A DNA stretch of 64,000 bases from Candidatus Methanomethylophilaceae archaeon (lineage in GTDB: Archaea; Thermoplasmatota; Thermoplasmata; Methanomassiliicoccales; Methanomethylophilaceae): NCBI GenBank assembly GCA_029982165.1, contig JARRCN010000004.1:8018-72017 (forward strand). Reading direction: 5' to 3'. The notes under the pieces are model-generated. The model did not search any database. It was not told the origin of the DNA and worked only from the letters and a program-made list of their open reading frames with translations. Shown in pieces: positions 57,476 to 64,000 of this stretch (the stretch's first letter is position 1; every line of letters begins with the position of its first letter). Made by a program: the position numbers and the translations under genes.

Positions 57476-57877
57476 TTAATGGTTTTCATTACGGTCCTTG
57501 GTATTGCGAGACCAAATGTCATCCTCTATCTCCTCATAGATGTGGGCGAATTCGTCCTCGTACCCATCGCCATCCTGATCGTCTTGACACAATCTCTCGA
57601 TCTGATCGCCTTTAAGCACCCAATAATGTATGCGCCACAGCTTTCCCTTCTTAAGATTGATTTGTTCCTGTGTAGTACTCAATATGCCCTCCTCTTCCAG
57701 CATATAAAACACGTCACGATCCTCGGAGGTAAGAATATTGTCTATTACCTCAGTCTCATAACCAAAGAAACTCATGATGTATTCCGCAAGGTCTTTAATC
57801 TCTTCCTCGCTCATTCCTTTCTTTCCGAGTGTGTTGCGCAAAGCAGAAACGATCTTCTCCATTGTCACGAATTTCAA
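57476..57877 (-). CDS. Conserved-looking hypothetical acidic protein
   Basis: Clean ORF between well-supported genes with an acidic C-terminus. No family recognised. Confidence 0.45.
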   Translation of the reverse strand: MKFVTMEKIVSALRNTLGKKGMSEEEIKDLAEYIMSFFGYETEVIDNILTSEDRDVFYMLEEEGILSTTQEQINLKKGKLWRIHYWVLKGDQIERLCQDDQDGDGYEDEFAHIYEEIEDDIWSRNTKDRNENH

Positions 57878-57936
57878 AACCTGAGCCCCCGCCTTGTAAA
57901 GTTATACGCTCTAATATATTGTCGCATTAAAACAAC

Positions 57937-58590
57937 TCACCATATTATCTCAACAGAGGGCGGATTCATATCAAATATGATATGCTTCGCCCATTTTAAC
58001 TTTGTTTTCTTCACTGAAAGGTCCTCTCCCTCTGATACTATTGGCCTTTCAAAATCAAACCCAACCAGTCTTATCTTTTTGGCACCGAGATGCCGTGCCA
58101 TACAGACAGCCCGGTCCCCATCCGTAAAACCACCCATATTCACCATCAAAAGATCAGGACGGCTCTGTGTTGTTGCTATTATAGGCCCATTGAAAAGATG
58201 TAAATGCTGCTGTATGAGATCTGCATTATCGCCATGAGCATGTATGACAGCTACGGCCCCACGGCGACAACATTCGGCCTGCGGAACGAGATCCCCATCG
58301 AGATCAGTAATAAGTATTTCTGGTATCAGATTGGCTTCAATGAGCGTCTTTGCGCTTGAGCCCGCGCAGATAACCGTCCCATCAATGTCAGTCAGCTCCT
58401 CTGGAACAACTGCGGCACCCACCACATTCACTACCCCGCTCATCAGTGGGATTAGATCATCGACATCGATCAGCCTCTTATTAAGTATCATATGACGAAG
58501 CATTCTGGCTGAGGCCTCATCCTGCAAGCGGGAATACCCCATTTCTTTAATTATCCTTTCATATACCGGTTCCCATTCCTCGAAATACAT
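57937..58590 (-). CDS. MptE-like 6-hydroxymethylpterin diphosphokinase (DUF115 family)
   Basis: VVNVVGAA...ICAGSS...ILITDLDGD...AVIHAHGDN...FTDGDRAV resembles the archaeal MptE/DUF115 signature. Confidence 0.55.
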   Translation of the reverse strand: MYFEEWEPVYERIIKEMGYSRLQDEASARMLRHMILNKRLIDVDDLIPLMSGVVNVVGAAVVPEELTDIDGTVICAGSSAKTLIEANLIPEILITDLDGDLVPQAECCRRGAVAVIHAHGDNADLIQQHLHLFNGPIIATTQSRPDLLMVNMGGFTDGDRAVCMARHLGAKKIRLVGFDFERPIVSEGEDLSVKKTKLKWAKHIIFDMNPPSVEIIW

Positions 58591-58600
58591 CGAGCAAATC

Positions 58601-59752
58601 TCACCCCTGGCTTTGTAATGTATAATCCTCTGTGATTATGCGGAAAGTTGACTGCAGAATGCTGGCTATGACAGCGAATGCGAAACCCAACATTAGTTCG
58701 ATAGCTATGACCAACTCCCTTGTGGGAGTGAACCCCAATGCAAGAGCAAAAAGGTCCAGGAGTCCCTGTATTATGAAGGCAAGTGCGAAGAGTGTCATAG
58801 TAGCTATCAAAAAACTATGTCGGATCTGTTGTTTTTCAAGGTATAAGTCTAAGAATTTGCCTGTTTCATAGGATACTATTGCAAATATCCACATCCACAA
58901 TACGCCAGTGCTGAATAGTATCACCATATATATGCCACTCGCCTCAGGTACATCAAGCGCAGATTTGACACCCAAGAACAACCCTGTTACAAAAAGGACG
59001 ATAGAGACAATGGTGAATGGAATCGTTTGATTACCATGGCTTATAGCCCCCCTCAGGTTACGGTACCATTTTATCATTCTTGGAAGAAGCTTATAAGCAT
59101 AACCTAAAGAATAGATGCCCAGGACCAAAAGCAATACCCCACCTACCATGCCAGAGAGATAATGCATTGACCCAGTGCTAAAAAGATAATAGAGATCAGG
59201 TATTATTGAAAAGATACCTAAAACGAGGAATATGATACCAATTGGTATTACAAAACGTTTCCTTTTGTCATCGTCCTGCATTACTTTCATTATGGTGTAG
59301 AGTGCACTCTCAACACCAGGGACCTGTTTGACAAACACACGCCGTACCGAATCAATTTTAGCTCTTGAGGATATGATAGGGTATATATATTCATCCTCAG
59401 CGCCGTCACTGACCAGGATGACCCTGTCTGGTTTAACAGCCTCTAAAACATATTCAAGCTCCTGAGAGATCTTACTGTCAGAACGATATCCTACCTTGGG
59501 ATCGCCACATATGAGAGCTATATCGACATTATGACCTTCGGATGTCATCTCGTCATACATACTCAGCGCAGCGAGTATCATGTTAACGTCTGAGTCCTCA
59601 GGATCGTTAAGGGCAAGGGAGATGGCCGCTTTTTCATTTTCCTCTCGACCTATGACGGGGCTTGTTACATTTGCCTTTTTACCGAAGTCATCATCCCTGT
59701 CAACAGCGAGTATCAAGGTTTTTTTCATTATCCTCAAGGGAAAGGTAACCAT
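58601..59752 (-). CDS. DUF373-family archaeal membrane protein
   Basis: N-terminal soluble domain KKTLILAVDRDDDFGKKA followed by about 7 TM segments. The likely start is the Met at 59728 (MKKTLIL). Confidence 0.65.
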   Translation of the reverse strand: MVTFPLRIMKKTLILAVDRDDDFGKKANVTSPVIGREENEKAAISLALNDPEDSDVNMILAALSMYDEMTSEGHNVDIALICGDPKVGYRSDSKISQELEYVLEAVKPDRVILVSDGAEDEYIYPIISSRAKIDSVRRVFVKQVPGVESALYTIMKVMQDDDKRKRFVIPIGIIFLVLGIFSIIPDLYYLFSTGSMHYLSGMVGGVLLLVLGIYSLGYAYKLLPRMIKWYRNLRGAISHGNQTIPFTIVSIVLFVTGLFLGVKSALDVPEASGIYMVILFSTGVLWMWIFAIVSYETGKFLDLYLEKQQIRHSFLIATMTLFALAFIIQGLLDLFALALGFTPTRELVIAIELMLGFAFAVIASILQSTFRIITEDYTLQSQG

Positions 59753-59869
59753 GTTAATATTAATCTATTTTGTCCAGATCTGTGTCTTATAGGCAAGATA
59801 TACAAAAGAAAAAGGTTTAATTCGAAGGATTGCCTAACCGAGGATCTGTGTATAATTAAAGGTGATTGT

Positions 59870-60508
59870 CTGAAGATCGTATGGCATGGTCATTCCTGTT
59901 TTGAGATCCGTAATGAAAAAACCATTATCACAGATCCTCATGATGGTAAGTCTATAGGCATTCAGCCGCCTCGCACAAAGGCCGATATCATACTTATTTC
60001 TCATGACCATTATGACCACAATGCTTCAAGAGTTATACGCGGCGATCACATTGATTTAATGGCCCAGGAAGGTCTCTTTAGCATCAAGGGGATAGAGATT
60101 GAAGGTCTCCGCACATTTCACGATGAGTCGGATGGCAGGAAACGTGGGATAAATACGATCTATCGTTTCAGAATTGACGATATGAAGTTCTGCCATATGG
60201 GAGATCTGGGCCATACTCTAGACGATAGAATTCTGAAACAGATAGGTAAAGTAGATGTCCTATTCATCCCTGTAGGAGGGGTGACGACGATAAATGCTGA
60301 TCAGGCCAAGGTCCTTATAGAAAAAATAGGACCGAGAATCGCAGTCCCCATGCACTATCGGATCACGGGTCTAGGTCTAGTACTTGATGGACTGGATAAT
60401 TTCTTGAGAGGTATCCCAGAAGAAAAGATATACCGCGTAGGTAATGAGATAGATTTCACCCATGATGATATCGCAGATGATATGGAGTATTGGGTATTCT
60501 CCATGTAA
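59870..60508 (+). CDS. Metallo-beta-lactamase-fold hydrolase (UPF0173-like)
   Basis: Homology-like sequence extends upstream of the listed ORF (60059): LKIVWHGHSCFEIRNEKTIITDPHDG...ILISHDHYDHN (HxHxDH motif). No in-frame ATG/GTG/TTG occurs near the expected N-terminus, so the 5' coordinate is approximate. Confidence 0.65.
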   Translation: MKIVWHGHSCFEIRNEKTIITDPHDGKSIGIQPPRTKADIILISHDHYDHNASRVIRGDHIDLMAQEGLFSIKGIEIEGLRTFHDESDGRKRGINTIYRFRIDDMKFCHMGDLGHTLDDRILKQIGKVDVLFIPVGGVTTINADQAKVLIEKIGPRIAVPMHYRITGLGLVLDGLDNFLRGIPEEKIYRVGNEIDFTHDDIADDMEYWVFSM

Positions 60509-60528
60509 ACCATGTAAAAAATCAGAAG

Positions 60529-61188
60529 TCAATATAAACCAAGGGCTTCCTCAAGATGACCAAGCTCTATTGTGGTACTAATATTACCAACAAGGGCACC
60601 TTTCGAATTCGCCACCACACACGCTCCCACCATAGCAGAACCGTAGTTGAGTGTAATCGGCGAGAATTCAACACCAAGAGCCCCAGAAAGTTCAGCCATT
60701 TCTTCAGGTGTGGCCTTTGGATGGCATATCCCTCCTTTGTTAGTGACCTTGCACACCGATCCTACGGTGTCCATCCCCGCCACACGTAAACGGATACACT
60801 CAAAACCGAAAAAGTTCTCCAACGCTTTTACGGTATGGGGGCGGAGATTGCGGTTGACCACCGCGCCCTTGTCATTTATAAGTATATTATTGCCGGCTGC
60901 GTTTAATTTATCTTCAATCCTTATAACGGGTATGTGACGTTCTAACTTCTCGAGCTCAGAAGCCTCTATTTGACCGGTGACCACAGCTCCCTCCGAATTC
61001 ATGGCCACCAAGGAGCCCAAGATATGAGAGGAAGAAACAGTTATCCTTACGACCTCTACACCCAAGGCCTCACGAAACTCTGATACCATTTGTTCATCGG
61101 CATCAGAGGGGACGAGAGCGATCTTGTCATTGGCAACACAGTATACGCCTATGTATGGGTTACCGCTGTAGCTTGATAACTTCATCAT
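60529..61188 (-). CDS. eif6: Translation initiation factor 6 (aIF6)
   Basis: Collinear with aIF6: GNPYIGVYCVANDKIALVP, LGSLVAMNSEGAVV, AAGNNILINDKGAVV, VGSVCKVTNKGGICHP, MVGACVVANSKGALVG. The start is taken at MMKLSS, since the longest ORF overlaps L31e. Confidence 0.9.
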   Translation of the reverse strand: MMKLSSYSGNPYIGVYCVANDKIALVPSDADEQMVSEFREALGVEVVRITVSSSHILGSLVAMNSEGAVVTGQIEASELEKLERHIPVIRIEDKLNAAGNNILINDKGAVVNRNLRPHTVKALENFFGFECIRLRVAGMDTVGSVCKVTNKGGICHPKATPEEMAELSGALGVEFSPITLNYGSAMVGACVVANSKGALVGNISTTIELGHLEEALGLY

Positions 61189-61204
61189 GACGTAAGTTTC
61201 CTCT

Positions 61205-61468
61205 CTACTCTTTCGCAAGCGATACTTCTACAAGACCGTCTTCGAAACGCACCGCCCTGATCGTGACCTTTGTAGGAGGCTTTTGTATGCCCCGTGACCA
61301 TATCAATTCATTAACGCCTGTGTCTATCCAGACATCATCATCATCGACCTTCATGTGCCGAGCTACATACTCTCTGATCTCTTTGATAGCCCGGTTGGCC
61401 CTTTTACTTCTGGGCACGGCTTTAGTGTCCTTAAGAGGAATATTCATTATTCTCTCATTCTCATCCAT
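61205..61468 (-). CDS. rpl31e: 50S ribosomal protein L31e
   Basis: 87 aa, KAVPRSKRANRAIKEIREYVARHMK...IWSRGIQKPP.KV. Confidence 0.85.
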   Translation of the reverse strand: MDENERIMNIPLKDTKAVPRSKRANRAIKEIREYVARHMKVDDDDVWIDTGVNELIWSRGIQKPPTKVTIRAVRFEDGLVEVSLAKE

Positions 61469-61475
61469 CGACCGC

Positions 61476-61631
61476 TCACTCCTTTATATTGGTCATGCGC
61501 CAGCTCCTCCTCTTAGGATGGCGCAGGAAATTTCTATTGGTACGGACCATGACCCAAGCAGGTACTCTGCGGTTCTGTTTGCCGGCTTTCTTCAGCCTGG
61601 CTTTCATAGCTGGCGGTTTATTCCTTGTCAT
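61476..61631 (-). CDS. rpl39e: 50S ribosomal protein L39e
   Basis: Hand-translated 51 aa: [51 protein letters not shown]. It contains the KQNRRVP.WV and HPKRR.WR signatures and is below the ORF-track cutoff. Confidence 0.85.
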   Translation of the reverse strand: MTRNKPPAMKARLKKAGKQNRRVPAWVMVRTNRNFLRHPKRRSWRMTNIKE

Positions 61632-61632
61632 C

Positions 61633-61962
61633 TTATCTCCTCTCGATCTTGATATCCCTTTTTTTGGGTGTCATCTGCTTGAGTATCTCACGGAGCGTCC
61701 TATCGTCAATCTGTCCCCTCAAACGGCCACTGTTGGCCAACTGAATGAGCTGATACTCTACTGCTTCCGCAATGTCAGGATGTGCTATACGAACATTGGC
61801 TAATCTCTCGCGGGCCTCGACGGTAAGGATTTGCCTAAGAATAGCCTGCTTTTGCATCTCGCGCTGCTTAGCTAGTTCTTCGGCTCGAATACTTTCTTGC
61901 TGTTGGTGCTGCAACTCTGCCAATCTTTTCTGCCTTATCGCCTCAAGTTCAGACTCATCCAT
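61633..61962 (-). CDS. PDCD5/TFAR19-family DNA-binding protein
   Basis: [14 protein letters not shown]...[41 protein letters not shown]. It also sits in the conserved archaeal position next to S19e and L39e. Confidence 0.8.
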   Translation of the reverse strand: MDESELEAIRQKRLAELQHQQQESIRAEELAKQREMQKQAILRQILTVEARERLANVRIAHPDIAEAVEYQLIQLANSGRLRGQIDDRTLREILKQMTPKKRDIKIERR

Positions 61963-61976
61963 ATGACAAACCCCCT

Positions 61977-62414
61977 CTAAGCGTTCAGTTCGTCATATAT
62001 TTCTTTAGCAACATTATCCAATAAGGACATCCCTCTAGGGCTTATTCCCCTACCCTCTTTACCAACCGTCTGGAGTAACCCTGCCGTTTCTAGCTGAATA
62101 AGGCATTTACGCGCAATGTTACGGCTTCCTTTGACCGCCTTATTAGGTTTGGAACCACGATCAGCAAAACCACCATATTCCTCAGCCAGGCGTGAAGACC
62201 CCATGGGACCTTTTACATATATTTTTCTCAGAACGGAGGCAGCCCTAGTATACCACCAATCTTCTTGGGTAGGGGCTTTCTCAGTATGCCTTCCTGTACG
62301 AACGAACTCAGCCCACTCAGGAGGCTCTATTGCATCGAACTCTTTGAGCTTCTCGGCGGTCTTGAGGATAAGTTTCTCAGGAGGGACATCATAGACGGTG
62401 ACCATTTCATTCAA
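61977..62414 (-). CDS. rps19e: 30S ribosomal protein S19e
   Basis: [19 protein letters not shown]...[39 protein letters not shown]...L...YGG. Confidence 0.9.
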   Translation of the reverse strand: MNEMVTVYDVPPEKLILKTAEKLKEFDAIEPPEWAEFVRTGRHTEKAPTQEDWWYTRAASVLRKIYVKGPMGSSRLAEEYGGFADRGSKPNKAVKGSRNIARKCLIQLETAGLLQTVGKEGRGISPRGMSLLDNVAKEIYDELNA

Positions 62415-62559
62415 CCTCTATTAATAGGTACCCAAACCAAAGTGTTGGGGAGTTTGTTATCTGTGTGAATATTGCACCTATATAAAAGTGTTATGCACAG
62501 CTAACAATCTTTGGCCAACAACCAGAAGTTTAATTTATCCCGAGCGAGACTTAACCCTT

Positions 62560-63105
62560 GTGAAATTTGTTGTCTGTATCACTGGGGCTTCGGGCATAGC
62601 ATATGGCGTAAGACTACTTCAAGAGCTCCCAGGCCATAAGACGCTGGTGGTCTCCCGAACGGCAAAAGAGATTTTGAGGTATGAATGCAACACGGCATAT
62701 GAGGAACTTTGTACTCAAGCTGACGAATTCTATGAGGATGATGACCTGATGTCTCCGCTTGCCTCGGGAAGCAACGCCGTGGACGCGGTGTTTATAGCTC
62801 CGTGTAGTATGTCCACTTTATCTAAGATATCGCACGGGATCGCTGATACGCTCATAACACGCATCGCTACAGTGTGTTTAAAAGAGCACAGAAAGCTTAT
62901 TTTGATCCCTCGTGAGACTCCCAAAAGCGAGTTCATGTTAGAAAATGAGCTGCGTCTCGCCCGCATCGGGGCAGTCATACTCGATGCAAATCCTGCATTT
63001 TACCACTTACCTTCCAGTGCTAATGATATGGTGGCATTCATTGTGGGAAGAGCGCTGGAGCAAATAGGGATAAATCATAACTTGTATCGCCGCTGGGGTG
63101 AATGA
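62560..63105 (+). CDS. ubiX: Flavin prenyltransferase UbiX
   Basis: VKFVVCITGASGIAYGVRLL, then APCSMSTLSKISHGIADTLITR and PRETP. An in-frame GTG at 62560 fits the family N-terminus better than the 62488 start. Confidence 0.85.
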   Translation: MKFVVCITGASGIAYGVRLLQELPGHKTLVVSRTAKEILRYECNTAYEELCTQADEFYEDDDLMSPLASGSNAVDAVFIAPCSMSTLSKISHGIADTLITRIATVCLKEHRKLILIPRETPKSEFMLENELRLARIGAVILDANPAFYHLPSSANDMVAFIVGRALEQIGINHNLYRRWGE

Positions 63106-63111
63106 TTTTCA

Positions 63112-64000
63112 TCACTCTAGGTATAGGGCCGGACGCAGTGGCATAGCGACTTTGGCCTTACCTTTGGGGTCATATGTCAACGAGTCACCATCTTGAATAT
63201 CTACACTGAAACCCAACTCAGACTCCAGAAAGCCCCTCGCCTCACGGAGCAACTCTGCCTCGTCAAGCATTACCGACAACCTTTCCAATTCGAAGGGGGA
63301 ACGGTGCATGATATCCTGAGCTATCTTCTTTGCTAGTTCGGACGCCCCCTTCCCGTGTCTGCGAATCTCCTCGTCCCGCATCACCTCTTTAGTTAGTGCT
63401 GGTATGGTAAGATTTCTATCTTTTGCGAGGCGAACAGCAGCGGAGTGTATCCTCTTTTTCCAAGACGGTGCAGTGTAAATGTGGAGCATCGATGGGCTCA
63501 TACCTGTTACACGCAGTATTTCATTCACGTCTTCAAGTACATCCCGTAAATAGGATTCAGACAATTCACTAACTGTATTAACTTTTTGTCCCACTGGGTA
63601 TGCAGAAGATGATAATAGCCCTTTCCCGCCAATAGACTCCCAGAGTTCCTCAGCAAGGTGAGGTGTTATTGGACACATCATATGCAACCATGTATCGATT
63701 ATCATGGATGCAGTCTTGAGAGAACAGCCTCCTCTTCGCAGATACCATCGTATGTCATTAGGTATGTCGAAATACACAGCATTGGCCATCTGCCTCAGAT
63801 CGTAGGATTGCATGTGCTCCCTGCAGGAGTTTACATGCTTGGAGAGACGGGAGGCCATCCACTTGTCTACCACACCCTCTGTCTCACCGCTAAGTTCACA
63901 AAGGTCGGCAATTATACGCACGATCTTCTCAAGACGTACTTTGTATGAGGTTACCGTATCCTCATCCCATTCCACATCTGCAAAGGGTGACGCTACATGA
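63112..64000 (-). CDS. leuS: Leucyl-tRNA synthetase, C-terminal portion (the gene continues beyond the window)
   Basis: Anticodon-binding and C-terminal domain pattern: DKWMASRL...YDLRQMANAVYFDIPNDIRWYLRRGG...MMCPITPHLAEELWE. The reading frame is open to the window edge. Confidence 0.75.
   Translation of the reverse strand, partial: HVASPFADVEWDEDTVTSYKVRLEKIVRIIADLCELSGETEGVVDKWMASRLSKHVNSCREHMQSYDLRQMANAVYFDIPNDIRWYLRRGGCSLKTASMIIDTWLHMMCPITPHLAEELWESIGGKGLLSSSAYPVGQKVNTVSELSESYLRDVLEDVNEILRVTGMSPSMLHIYTAPSWKKRIHSAAVRLAKDRNLTIPALTKEVMRDEEIRRHGKGASELAKKIAQDIMHRSPFELERLSVMLDEAELLREARGFLESELGFSVDIQDGDSLTYDPKGKAKVAMPLRPALYLE

Noticed and set aside
57479-58237. 252-aa plus-strand ORF
   Set aside because: It is antisense to two well-supported minus-strand genes (57476..57877 and the MptE-like 57937..58590). 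It has no recognisable motifs and looks like a shadow ORF. The same reasoning applies to the many short antisense ORFs in the track, such as 322..795, 1429..1779, 9416..10021, 18089..18409 and 20753..21239.
1-64000. CRISPR arrays, cas genes, integrases, transposases, tRNA or rRNA genes
   Set aside because: I saw no regularly spaced direct repeats and no recombinase or transposase-like ORFs. No mobile-element boundaries can therefore be claimed for the accessory gene pairs.

Overview
The window is a chromosomal segment from an archaeon, about 45% GC by eye. Archaeal hallmarks are ribosomal proteins L31e, L39e and S19e, aIF6, an archaeal-type SRP (7S) RNA, an MptE-like pterin kinase and a DUF373 protein. 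Several genes point to a methyl-reducing or methylotrophic methanogen of Methanomassiliicoccales/Thermoplasmata type: an MtaA/URO-D-family methyltransferase, an MtrA/MtrH-like (mtxAH-like) pair and a methanogenesis-marker-2-like PurM-family protein. That taxonomic placement is inference only.

Most of the window is housekeeping or transport:
- Core metabolism and translation: NifS/IscS, HisD, class III RNR NrdD, UbiX, the LeuRS 3' end.
- Transport and membrane: TrkAH, P-type ATPase, MMPL/RND exporter, SSS symporter, site-2 protease.
- Two tandem phenylacetate-CoA-ligase + ACT modules.

Accessory or unusual content is interspersed:
1. An orphan Cap15-like 2TM/beta-rich membrane effector fused to a DUF5655-like domain, next to a Cys-rich protein with a Vsr-like nuclease tail.
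2. A compact ABC-ATPase + DUF4435 (Toprim) pair, which is PARIS-like or a split OLD nuclease.
3. A bacterial-type AddA/AddB-like helicase-nuclease pair, flanked by two paralogous DEDD-exonuclease-like genes (one catalytically degenerate), with XseAB nearby.
4. A solitary HEPN-like protein beside the SRP RNA.
5. A DUF1638-GAF-histidine kinase translationally coupled to the MtaA-like gene.
6. A sensor kinase whose PAS domain is split by one in-frame TGA.
7. A multiply frameshifted purine permease pseudogene.
8. A roughly 155-nt highly structured intergenic element.

I saw no CRISPR array, tRNA, rRNA, integrase or transposase. All family assignments come from motifs read by eye and need HMM or structure confirmation.
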